Positions 1 through 8,276 of a DNA stretch of 20,054 nucleotides are shown piece after piece. The first letter of the stretch is position 1. The number at the start of each line of letters is the position of its first letter. Source of the DNA: an uncultured Fibrobacterales bacterium (GTDB lineage: Bacteria; Fibrobacterota; Fibrobacteria; Fibrobacterales; CAWVXU01); contig CAWVXU010000047.1 in assembly GCA_963934255.1 (NCBI GenBank), positions 1-20,054 of the forward strand, written 5' to 3'. The notes beneath the pieces are model-generated. The model saw only the letters and a list, made by a program, of their open reading frames with translations. It did no database searches and was not told the DNA's origin. Made by a program: the position numbers and the translations under genes.

Positions 1-384
1 CAAAGTATTTAAGGAGTCATCACGCCCTTGTGCTCCCTTACCAAAGGTATGGTTAAAACCCATCAACCAAAGTCCAGCACCTAATTTATCCACAAGCACT
101 TTTTTTAAATAGTCTTGTGGAGAAAGTTCCATGAATTCTCGATTAAAGGGTAAAAGTTGAAGTTCAGTACCATAAAACTCTTCGAGAATATGACGTTTCT
201 CTAAGTTGGTTGTAAGTATAAATGGGTCAGTTGGTTCGCTTGTGACAATGTCGGTGTGTGGCTCGAAACTCACTACACAAGGCTTCAAATTATGTTGAGT
301 AGCCAAAGCCTTGAGCTCAAACAATAAGTGTTCGTGACCTGCGTGAAGCCCGTCAAAATTCCCCGTGACAATCGCTCTTTTCAT
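1..384 (-). CDS. ribF: Riboflavin kinase/FAD synthetase, N-terminal part (runs off the window)
   Basis: Translated by hand from the ATG at 384-382, which overlaps the truB stop (ATGA): MKRAIVTGNFDGLHAGH...VVSFEPH...LMGFNHTFGKG. This has the GxFDGxHxGH nucleotidyltransferase motif, stays open to position 1 and sits in the usual position after truB. Not in the ORF track. Confidence 0.93.
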   Translation of the reverse strand, partial: MKRAIVTGNFDGLHAGHEHLLFELKALATQHNLKPCVVSFEPHTDIVTSEPTDPFILTTNLEKRHILEEFYGTELQLLPFNREFMELSPQDYLKKVLVDKLGAGLWLMGFNHTFGKGAQGRDDSLNTL

Positions 385-1487
385 TTAAAGACGATTTTGG
401 GGGTGAGCTGATCATCAACTGTTTGAGCCATACATATTAATTCTCCAGCCTGGTTTAATATAAAACCAGGCTTTGACTTCCATTGATTGGCATCAAATTT
501 GACGATTGCATTTAAAGGGTCAGTATTCATTGAGTCCTTTGCAGCTGTGTCGTTTGATTCAAGATTCTTTTTATCAATCTTAATCATGCTTTTGACAAAA
601 TCTTGCCGTTGCTTCATCCCCTGAGTAAATTTAGCTTCTGCCGCTTCACCAGCCACAGCCAAGGGCCATTCAGGGAAAAATTCATGTGGAGGAGTTAAAA
701 ACTTAGAAAGCTCTATGAGTTTTGATTCTTTATCAACGACACCTTCGGCGTCTTCAAAAGAAGCTGCTTGATCTCGGAAGTCTTGAAGACTATGTGCATC
801 TTCAATTTTCCATGAACCAATTTGAGTTCGGTAGATATCAGACACAGCACCTAATAAATTGGCTTCTTTAGCTAAATCAACGACGAGACTTCTGATATAG
901 GTCCCTTTTGAGCAATGGCATTTTAAACGAAAACTTGCACGAGGTTCTTCAGGACTATTTAAAGCGTCTTCATCAATCACCTCAAGAGATAATATTTCAA
1001 TTTCCCGGCTTTTAAGCAGGACTTCTTCACCGGCTCTTGCACGATCAGAGGCTCTTTTACCGTCTACTTTAACAGCACTATATTGCGGAGGTGTTTGCTT
1101 GATCTTACCTGTAAAGATTGGGAGTAGCTTTAACAATTCAGTTGTAGTAAGGGTTTGACCCTCGATATCTTGCAGAACTTCTTGATGAAAGTATTCAGCA
1201 GATACGGTTTCTCGCCCAAGATGCAAAGTGAATTCGTATGTTTTGTGAGCACCTTCTGCGTATTGTAATAATCTACTTGCGCGACCCACTGCGACAATCA
1301 TTAAGCCTCGTGCATCTTGGTCAAGTGTACCTGCGTGTCCAGTTTTGGCTGGCTTGAAATGGTACTTTATTGGACCTATCAATCTAAAGCTAGTGATCCC
1401 TACCGGTTTATCCATAAGTAAAAACCCACAAGCTTGAGCTGATGGGTTTTCATTATGAGTCTTTTTAGATTTTTGAACCTTTGACAT
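381..1487 (-). CDS. truB: tRNA pseudouridine-55 synthase
   Basis: Motifs DKPVGITS, GHAGTLD (catalytic Asp), QTPPQYSAVKVDGKRA and CSKGTYIRSL. Follows rbfA; AAAGGA RBS upstream. Confidence 0.95.
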   Translation of the reverse strand: MSKVQKSKKTHNENPSAQACGFLLMDKPVGITSFRLIGPIKYHFKPAKTGHAGTLDQDARGLMIVAVGRASRLLQYAEGAHKTYEFTLHLGRETVSAEYFHQEVLQDIEGQTLTTTELLKLLPIFTGKIKQTPPQYSAVKVDGKRASDRARAGEEVLLKSREIEILSLEVIDEDALNSPEEPRASFRLKCHCSKGTYIRSLVVDLAKEANLLGAVSDIYRTQIGSWKIEDAHSLQDFRDQAASFEDAEGVVDKESKLIELSKFLTPPHEFFPEWPLAVAGEAAEAKFTQGMKQRQDFVKSMIKIDKKNLESNDTAAKDSMNTDPLNAIVKFDANQWKSKPGFILNQAGELICMAQTVDDQLTPKIVFK

Positions 1488-1524
1488 GAGTTCCTTTGAA
1501 ATTGAATTTCAAACGTGAGCCTAA

Positions 1525-1890
1525 TTACGACTCATCTTCAGTTGGAAGATCTGGATCATTGAGATTAGCTAGGAGCTCAGAAATTCTATCTGCATGATCC
1601 AAGTTTTTATCAATAACAAATTCAAGTAATGGAGTTTGACGGATTTTAAGAATCTTGCCAAGTGTACCACGAATAAATGGAGCCACACTCTTAAGACCTA
1701 TTAATGCATCACGCTCATTTTTGTCAGAACCCAAGACCGATATATAAACCTTTGCAAAGCTTAAATCATCAGCTAAGTCAACACGCTGAACAGTAGCAAA
1801 GCCAATGCGAGGATCTTTTACTTCTCTTTGAAGAAGTATTGAAATCTCACGCGCTAGCTGTACACTGAGCCTCTCTTGTCGACGACCCAT
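1525..1890 (-). CDS. rbfA: 30S ribosome-binding factor A
   Basis: RR..RL...L.REIS, KDPRIG, DLSFAKVYIS, IRQTPLLEF.ID. Overlaps the infB stop by 1 nt (TAATG). Confidence 0.97.
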   Translation of the reverse strand: MGRRQERLSVQLAREISILLQREVKDPRIGFATVQRVDLADDLSFAKVYISVLGSDKNERDALIGLKSVAPFIRGTLGKILKIRQTPLLEFVIDKNLDHADRISELLANLNDPDLPTEDES

Positions 1891-4800
1891 TATTTTTCAA
1901 CGTCTGAAAGTTTACGTTTGATTTCTATTGTTTTGAAGAACGCTAGTGTATCACCAATTTTAAGTCCTTCAAATCCATCAATACCAATACCACATTCAAA
2001 GCCAGCTTTCACTGATTTGACTTCTTCAGAGTGACGTTTTAGTGTAGAAACACTTGCAACTCCCACTTCAGTTCCGCCACGGTAGATGCGAAGTTTCGCT
2101 TCAAGATCCACTTTACCATTAGTCACTACAGAACCTGCAATTTTACCAATTTTAGAGATGTTGAAGATTTCTTTCACTTCTGCTTCCCCAGCGACTTCTT
2201 CACGAGTCTCAGGTTTAAGCATACCTTCCATAACGCCTTTGAACTCTTCAATGATTTCATAGATGATGCGGTATTGTTTAAGATCAACGCCTTCTTTTTC
2301 AGCTAGCTCACGTACTGCCGGGTTAGGCAATAAGTGGAATGCAACGATAATTGCATCTGAAGCTGCTGCCAACATAACGTCATCCTCTTTAATGTTACCC
2401 ACTGATTTACGGATAATATTAATGTGAACTTCTTTGTTGGATAATTTTTCTAGTTCTTGTGAAATTGCCTCTGCTGAACCATCTACGTCGGCTTTAACAA
2501 TAACATTAAGCTCTGTAAAGCTACCAGCTTTGACGCGATCGAACAACTGACCAAGCGTCATGTGTTGACGACGTTGTAGTTCACGTTCTTTGGCAGCCAT
2601 ACGGCGTTTATTAGAAATTCCGCGAGCTTGTTTTTCTTCTTTGTAACACTGAATCTTGTCACCAGAGAATGGTGCGCCTTCAAGACCCATGATTTGACAT
2701 GGCTGTGAAGGTCCAGCTTCTTTAATAGGTTTGCCGACTTCATCCATAATTGCACGAATCTTACCGAAGTAAATACCCGCTACAAATACGTCACCAACTT
2801 TAAGAGTACCCTGTTGAATGAGTATAGTTGCAATTGCACCTTTACCTTTGTCTAGGCGTGATTCAATCACTGTGCCTCTTGCTTCGATAGCTGGATTAGC
2901 TGTGAGCTCTAGGATTTCAGTTTCAAGAGCTAAGGTCTCAAGAAGCTTGTCCATCCCTGCACCTGTTTTAGCAGAGATTTCTACACAAGAAACTTTACCG
3001 CCCCAAGTATCGACTTCAATACCTTGAGCTGCAAGTTCTGCGCGAATTTTATCAGGATTTGCAGTGTCTAGATCACATTTGTTAATCGCCACAACGATTG
3101 GAACTTTAGCTGCTCTAGCATGCTCAATAGATTCAATAGTCTGAGGCATCACGCGGTCATCCGCTGCTACAACAAGTACAACTACGTCAGTGATTTGTGA
3201 ACCACGAGCACGCATTGCTGAGAAAGCTTCATGCCCCGGAGTATCCAGGAATGTGACCGAGCCTTTATCGGTCTGTACTTGGTAAGCACCGATATGCTGA
3301 GTGATACCACCGGCTTCGGCATTTGTCAAACGAGATGAACGAATAAAGTCAAGAACGGAGGTTTTACCATGGTCAACATGACCCATCACTGTGACTACTG
3401 GAGCGCGCGATCTTAGCGCGGCCTCGTCAATTTCTTCACCCTCAACTTCTTCTTCGTACTCTTCCAGAAGCTCAACGTCAGTCGCGAACTCATCTGCAAG
3501 TAAAGTAATTGTTTCAAAGTCAATACGCTTATTGATGGTTACCATCATGCCCATTTCCATACATTTGGCAATAACCAATGCAGGAAGAACTTTAAGCATA
3601 CCAGCTAGCTCAGCAATTGTGATGAAGTCAGAAACTTTTAATGTTTTTCTTTCTTCAATAATGCCGTCTTCGTCTTGCTGTCCTTTTTCATATTTCTTTT
3701 TGGTCGGTGTTTTAGAAAGAGAGGCCATCACGCGATTGACGTTATGCTTCATCTCGATAGCACGTTCTTCAGGTTTGCGTATTGGTGCTTTCTTTTTCTT
3801 CTTGCCTTTACCATGCTTTCCAGCTGCTGGGGCACCCGCTGCAGGAGCTCCACCTGGAGCGCCATTTGCCGTTGGAGGTGTAAATCCTCCTGGAGAACTA
3901 TGTGTAGCACCAAATGCACCTTGGTTTCCACGAGGAGGACCACCTTGGCCGCCTTGATAGCCACCACCTGGTCTTGCTCCACCACCACCTTGGCCACCTT
4001 GATAGCCTCCGCCTGGTCTTGCTGCTCCACCGCCTTGGCCGCCTTGATAGCCACCACCTGGTCTTGCTGCTCCACCGCCTTGGCCGCCTTGATAGCCACC
4101 GCCTGGTCTTGCTGCTCCACCGCCTTGGCCGCCTTGATAGCCACCGCCTGGTCTTGCTGCTCCACCGCCTTGGCCGCCTTGATAGCCACCACCTGGTCTT
4201 GCTGCTCCACCGCCTTGGCCGCCTTGATAGCCACCGCCTGGTCTTGCTGCTCCACCGCCTTGGCCGCCGCGAGCACCGAATGTACCGGTATAACCTTGAC
4301 CGCCGCCATCACGGTTTCCACCGCGACCGCCTTGATTTCCACGGTTGGCGTATTTTGCAATACGAGCAGCCATTTCATCATTTGGTTTTTCAACTTTAAC
4401 TTTTAGAGAAGCAGTCTTTAACTCAGCATCCTTTAATTGAACCGGCTTAGCTCGTCCTGGCTTTTCGTCAGAAGCTTTTGATGTCTCAGAAGGAGCTTGA
4501 CTTGATTTATTATTTGAAGTGCCCGCTTTAGGCTCTGCTCTCTTGTACTCAATTGGAGCCTTACTTGACACAGGCTCTTTATTTACTTCAGGTTGAGCTA
4601 TAGACTTTTCAACTTTTGGAGTTGATTGGCTTGCAGGAGCTGAGCTCTTGTCATTAGCAGACTTCTCTGTGAAAAGTGAATCAAGTTTTTTGATTGCTTC
4701 TTTATTCACTGGTGCGTCAGGTTTTGACTGAGGAGCGCTCGAATTTTCTGTTTTTGGAATAACAATTTTAGCTTTAGCTTGAGCGATAGGAACTTGCACA

Positions 4801-5132
4801 TCACCGTCTTTACTAGGTGTGCGCTTGCGAAGTGTAACCTTCGCTCCAAGTTTGTTGGCCACTTTGTTTTTAATCTCAGGTGATTCATCTTTAGCAGGGC
4901 TTGAAGGTTTCGCAATGTTCTTCTTAACACCGGAAACTTTTCTAGGTGCTACTTGCTTGTCTTTAGCATTGAGCAAATCCTGTTTGATGAGTCCGAAAGA
5001 CTTAGCATCGATAGATGATACAGTTGAATGTACCTCTACGCCTTTGTCTTTGAGAAGATGTACTATGACATCTCCTGGAACACCATATTCCTTGGCAATT
5101 GTGTTAATTTTCTTTGTTTTTACTTCTGACAT
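1890..5132 (-). CDS. infB: Translation initiation factor IF-2 (1080 aa, long N-terminal region)
   Basis: G-domain motifs [35 protein letters not shown] and NKCD; also KADVDGS and a C-terminal GFECGI. Lies between nusA and rbfA. Confidence 0.99.
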   Translation of the reverse strand: MSEVKTKKINTIAKEYGVPGDVIVHLLKDKGVEVHSTVSSIDAKSFGLIKQDLLNAKDKQVAPRKVSGVKKNIAKPSSPAKDESPEIKNKVANKLGAKVTLRKRTPSKDGDVQVPIAQAKAKIVIPKTENSSAPQSKPDAPVNKEAIKKLDSLFTEKSANDKSSAPASQSTPKVEKSIAQPEVNKEPVSSKAPIEYKRAEPKAGTSNNKSSQAPSETSKASDEKPGRAKPVQLKDAELKTASLKVKVEKPNDEMAARIAKYANRGNQGGRGGNRDGGGQGYTGTFGARGGQGGGAARPGGGYQGGQGGGAARPGGGYQGGQGGGAARPGGGYQGGQGGGAARPGGGYQGGQGGGAARPGGGYQGGQGGGAARPGGGYQGGQGGGGARPGGGYQGGQGGPPRGNQGAFGATHSSPGGFTPPTANGAPGGAPAAGAPAAGKHGKGKKKKKAPIRKPEERAIEMKHNVNRVMASLSKTPTKKKYEKGQQDEDGIIEERKTLKVSDFITIAELAGMLKVLPALVIAKCMEMGMMVTINKRIDFETITLLADEFATDVELLEEYEEEVEGEEIDEAALRSRAPVVTVMGHVDHGKTSVLDFIRSSRLTNAEAGGITQHIGAYQVQTDKGSVTFLDTPGHEAFSAMRARGSQITDVVVLVVAADDRVMPQTIESIEHARAAKVPIVVAINKCDLDTANPDKIRAELAAQGIEVDTWGGKVSCVEISAKTGAGMDKLLETLALETEILELTANPAIEARGTVIESRLDKGKGAIATILIQQGTLKVGDVFVAGIYFGKIRAIMDEVGKPIKEAGPSQPCQIMGLEGAPFSGDKIQCYKEEKQARGISNKRRMAAKERELQRRQHMTLGQLFDRVKAGSFTELNVIVKADVDGSAEAISQELEKLSNKEVHINIIRKSVGNIKEDDVMLAAASDAIIVAFHLLPNPAVRELAEKEGVDLKQYRIIYEIIEEFKGVMEGMLKPETREEVAGEAEVKEIFNISKIGKIAGSVVTNGKVDLEAKLRIYRGGTEVGVASVSTLKRHSEEVKSVKAGFECGIGIDGFEGLKIGDTLAFFKTIEIKRKLSDVEK
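3943..4268. repeat. In-frame 45-bp tandem repeat (7 full copies plus a partial) in infB, encoding [15 protein letters not shown]
   Basis: Plus-strand unit ccttggccgccttgatagccaccRcctggtcttgctgctccaccg starts at 3943, 3988, 4033, 4078, 4123, 4168, 4213 and 4258 (partial). Copies are head-to-tail with no spacers. Confidence 0.97.
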
Positions 5133-5186
5133 TCGATTTCTTCCGACTCTTCTATGTATAAATTTTAAAACTAATTACATTATAAA

Positions 5187-6419
5187 TTAGCTTTCAGCTT
5201 CTTCTTTAGAGAACAAACCTTCAAGTTGTGAAAGCTTGTCATTTGAAGCATGTTCAGCTTCAATCTCTTCAGGGCTAAGCAAGGTATCACCTTGACGTTC
5301 TTCTTCAATAGCTTTGCGCTCTTCTTGAGTAAATCCAAGATATTGCTCTTCACCATAAATTTCTAATTCGCGACCAGTCAACTGACTAGCAAGGCGAATA
5401 TTTTGACCATTACGTCCAATTGCTTGGCTAAGGTCATCTTCGCTGACAATGAGTACAACGCGAGTTGTTTCAGGTACCATCATCATCTTAGAGATTTCAG
5501 CTGGTGCCATTGCTCTGCGAATGAATGTACCTAGGTCGTTTGACCAAGGTACAATGTCAATGCGTTCGTTTGATAATTCACGAACAATACTTTGTACGCG
5601 ATTACCTTTCATCCCAACACAAGCACCCACCGGGTCAATGCGTTCGTCATGTGATAAAACAGAAATTTTTGCTCTATAACCTGGATCACGAGAAACTGCT
5701 TTAATTTCAATAATTCCATCGTAGATTTCAGGAACTTCAATTTTGAATAGCTCAATCAAGAACTGGCCATTAGAACGAGATAAAATTACCTGTGCACCAC
5801 GAGCCGTATCAGCAACATCTGATATAAATGCTTTGATCGGATCACCTTGACGATAACGCTCTTTGCGAATTTGTTCACGCGGAGGCAATACAGCTTCAGT
5901 TTTACCCAATTTGACTAGGATATTTCCACGGTCAACTTGTTGAACAGTTCCATCTACTAGAGTTCCAACACGATCTTCGTATTCTCTAATGATGCGAACT
6001 TTTTCGGCATCACGAACTTTTTGCATAAGAATTTGTTTGGCAGTCTGAATAGCCATGCGACCAAAATTTTGAATAGGGATTTCCATCTCTAGTAGGTCAC
6101 CAATTTGAGCATCTTCATTATACTCAAGGGCTTCGTCAAGAAGCATATAACCTTCATCAATGACAGCAACTTCTTCAGCCGTTAATGTCTCATCCACATC
6201 CGGATAATCATCTGCCACTTCAACAGATAAAAACACATTGATCTCAGACGACTCCGTATCAATATCAACTTCGAAACGCTTTTGAATATTGGTGTACTTC
6301 CGTGCAGCAGTAATCAAAGCTTCTTTGAGTGAATCAAGAATGATTTCACCGTCAATGCTTTTACCTTCAGCAACACTGCCGAGACTTTCCAAAAGATTTA
6401 TTTTCATATCAGTTTTCAT
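5187..6419 (-). CDS. nusA: Transcription termination/antitermination factor NusA (short form without AR1/AR2)
   Basis: FGRMAIQTAKQ, S1 domain, FKIEVPEIYDG, DPVGACVGMKGNRVQ, AIGRNGQNIRLASQLTG. Confidence 0.98.
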   Translation of the reverse strand: MKTDMKINLLESLGSVAEGKSIDGEIILDSLKEALITAARKYTNIQKRFEVDIDTESSEINVFLSVEVADDYPDVDETLTAEEVAVIDEGYMLLDEALEYNEDAQIGDLLEMEIPIQNFGRMAIQTAKQILMQKVRDAEKVRIIREYEDRVGTLVDGTVQQVDRGNILVKLGKTEAVLPPREQIRKERYRQGDPIKAFISDVADTARGAQVILSRSNGQFLIELFKIEVPEIYDGIIEIKAVSRDPGYRAKISVLSHDERIDPVGACVGMKGNRVQSIVRELSNERIDIVPWSNDLGTFIRRAMAPAEISKMMMVPETTRVVLIVSEDDLSQAIGRNGQNIRLASQLTGRELEIYGEEQYLGFTQEERKAIEEERQGDTLLSPEEIEAEHASNDKLSQLEGLFSKEEAES

Positions 6420-6429
6420 AGTATTCTCT

Positions 6430-6888
6430 TTAGAATTGAATCTCTACTTTGGCGTTTATAACGTCATCGCGGAAAATCTGGTGCTCCTCATCCTTCACAT
6501 GAAGTATGAGTTCAGAATCGTTCACAGCTTTTAGCTCACCAATAATTACTTTACGGCCATCCACAGGACTGGGCTTTCCTAAAGTGCATTTGACAAACTT
6601 TTGTAAGTTGCGTTCAAAATCTCGAGTTGTTTTCAAAGGGCGATCAACACCCGGTGAACTCACCTCTAAGAAGTAAGCTGCTTCAATAACATCATCTAAA
6701 TCCATTATAGCACCGAACTCACGGCTGAACTTAGAACAGTCATCAACATTTACTCCACCCTCTTTCCATAGGTATACGCGGAGAATTGTTCTCTTACCTG
6801 AGATGAACATATCAAGTTCAACAAGCTCGAGCCCTTGCTCTTCACAGATTGAGCGAGAAATTTCTTCAACTCTAGGAGACAAACTCAC
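6430..6888 (-). CDS. rimP: Ribosome maturation factor RimP
   Basis: GGVNVDDCSKFSRE and YFLEVSSPGVDRPL. Start moved from the track's 6942 to the GTG at 6888, which has an AAAGGT RBS and gives a typical 152-aa length. Confidence 0.95.
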   Translation of the reverse strand: MSLSPRVEEISRSICEEQGLELVELDMFISGKRTILRVYLWKEGGVNVDDCSKFSREFGAIMDLDDVIEAAYFLEVSSPGVDRPLKTTRDFERNLQKFVKCTLGKPSPVDGRKVIIGELKAVNDSELILHVKDEEHQIFRDDVINAKVEIQF

Positions 6889-6910
6889 GGCGGTACCTTT
6901 CAAAAAGGGT

Positions 6911-6954
6911 AATAAAATGACATCGCCCCGATGGAAAACCACCAGGGTAGGTCA
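6911..6954 (-). terminator. Terminator-like hairpin in the rimP 5' leader (candidate attenuator)
   Basis: Minus strand: UGAC-cua-CCCUGGUGG-uuuu-CCAUCGGGG-cgau-GUCA then UUUUAUU. The 9-bp inner stem includes 2 G-U pairs. It lies between the predicted promoter and the rimP RBS. Confidence 0.6.
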
Positions 6955-6956
6955 CA

Positions 6957-6985
6957 AATTTAAGAACTACAATGGTTTTTAACAA
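6957..6985 (-). promoter_or_regulatory. Putative primary-sigma promoter of the rimP-nusA-infB operon
   Basis: TTGTTA-17 nt-TAAATT(TG) on the minus strand. Confidence 0.55.
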
Positions 6986-6993
6986 GGGAGTTA

Positions 6994-7022
6994 TTGCCCA
7001 TAGTGGCTATATTGTCTATTTT
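6994..7022 (+). promoter_or_regulatory. Putative promoter of the 70-aa ORF, divergent from rimP
   Basis: TTGCCC-17 nt-TATTTT, followed by a GAGG RBS before the ATG at 7043. Confidence 0.4.
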
Positions 7023-7042
7023 GTGCCAAACGAGGAAGTAAT

Positions 7043-7255
7043 ATGAGCATTGTCTTTTTAGTAATTGCAGCTGCTGGATTTGGATTTTTTGGCTTTAAAC
7101 AGTTCAAAAAGAACCTATTTGAGGTTAAAATCAAGAATTTGGAGGAGAAAAACTCCTTTACACGTGGATGGAACTATTTCTCCCACTTGATTTGGGCTAG
7201 TTACATCATTGTCTTTGCAATGGGGCTTATTGTAAATAATCTCATTTTCGTTTAA
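7043..7255 (+). CDS. Small hypothetical membrane protein (70 aa, two hydrophobic segments)
   Basis: GAGG RBS; fills the rimP-mazG gap; hydrophobic N- and C-terminal segments around a Lys-rich loop. Confidence 0.7.
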   Translation: MSIVFLVIAAAGFGFFGFKQFKKNLFEVKIKNLEEKNSFTRGWNYFSHLIWASYIIVFAMGLIVNNLIFV

Positions 7256-7307
7256 AGATTTCTTTCATATCAAGACCTTTTTAAAGTTTAAGGCCTCAAT
7301 CGTCTAA

Positions 7308-8102
7308 CTAAGACCCGACTTGACCGGCCTTTTTGACCTGATTCCACAAATCATCAAGCTCTTCCAAATTCTTTTCTTTTAGGTTGGGAACTGCTTTCTC
7401 CATGGCTTGAAATCTTGTTTTGAATTTTGATGTAGCCGCTCGAAGGGCAATTTCTGGATCCACGCCACAGTGTCTTGAATAATTCACCACACTAAAGAGT
7501 AAATCTCCGATTTCTTCAGCCACATGCTCTTGATCGTTTGACTCACGAGCCTCTTCTACTTCTTCAATCTCTTCCTGTACTTTATCTAGTACTCCACTCA
7601 TGTCAGGCCAATCAAATCCAACTTTTGCTGCTCGTTTTTGAATTTTAGCTGCATATTGAAGCCCAGGTAAGGCGCGAGACACATCATCTAATATTGATTG
7701 GCGATGCTCTTTACCTTTTTCTTTTTTCTTAATCTCTTCCCATTGCTCCTCAACTGCTGCTGCATCTTTAATCTGGCTTTCACCAAACACATGAGGATGT
7801 CTGTTGACTAATTTCTTAGATATACCATCAATCACACCGCTCATATCGTAAACTCCGCGCTCACTCCCGAGTTGAGCATGGAAAACCACCTGCAGAAGTA
7901 CATCACCAAGCTCCTCTTCTACATGTGAATCATCTTTGTTTTGAATAGCCTCAATCAACTCACTCGTTTCTTCAATCAAATAAGGTAAAAGTGTTTGATT
8001 GTCCTGCTCTATATCCCAAGGACAACCACCGGGCCCACGCAGGCGTGCCATTATGGTCAATAAATCTTCGTAACTATATTGATTTTCTTGGCTTGGCTGC
8101 AT
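7308..8102 (-). CDS. mazG: Nucleoside triphosphate pyrophosphohydrolase MazG (tandem-domain type)
   Basis: LRGPGGCPWD.EQ, EEELGDVLLQVVFHAQ, RHPHVFG, GFDW, EEIGDLLFSVVN. Confidence 0.97.
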   Translation of the reverse strand: MQPSQENQYSYEDLLTIMARLRGPGGCPWDIEQDNQTLLPYLIEETSELIEAIQNKDDSHVEEELGDVLLQVVFHAQLGSERGVYDMSGVIDGISKKLVNRHPHVFGESQIKDAAAVEEQWEEIKKKEKGKEHRQSILDDVSRALPGLQYAAKIQKRAAKVGFDWPDMSGVLDKVQEEIEEVEEARESNDQEHVAEEIGDLLFSVVNYSRHCGVDPEIALRAATSKFKTRFQAMEKAVPNLKEKNLEELDDLWNQVKKAGQVGS

Positions 8103-8123
8103 GATTTTCTCGCTCTTTTGAGT

Positions 8124-8148
8124 TGTTCGGGGGTGTTCAGAAATGTTC
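8124..8148. promoter_or_regulatory. Three direct TGTTC repeats at 10-bp spacing (candidate operator)
   Basis: TGTTC at 8124, 8134 and 8144, between a minus-strand extended -10 (TGcTAAAAT, 8166-8158) and the mazG start. Confidence 0.4.
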
Positions 8149-8276
8149 TACGCCTTAATTTTAGCATAATTTTTCTTCGTTCAAAACTTTGGGAAACATG
8201 ACAATAAACTTTTATGATCAACTCACCTCACTCACTCGTCTCATATAACAGCCTATTAAATAGCTGAGGGAATAAA

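Noticed and set aside
3943..4268. 45-bp repeats as a CRISPR array
   Set aside because: The units are contiguous with no unique spacers, in frame within infB, and have no cas genes nearby.
3391..4406. Long alternative-frame and antisense ORFs over infB (3391-3957, 3675-4406, 3749-4393, 3914-4399)
   Set aside because: Explained by stop-free repeat units and Gly/Pro/Ala codon bias. Variation in the repeat is mostly silent in the IF2 frame, and there is no independent evidence of expression.
6889..6942. ORF-track upstream starts for rimP (and likewise argC, argB, tolB, HTH-PAS)
   Set aside because: The extensions run through predicted leader, promoter or RBS elements or into upstream genes. Downstream starts fit RBS position or family length better.
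8221..8240. Short CTCA iterations upstream of dprA
   Set aside because: Short, irregular low-complexity sequence with no supportable function.
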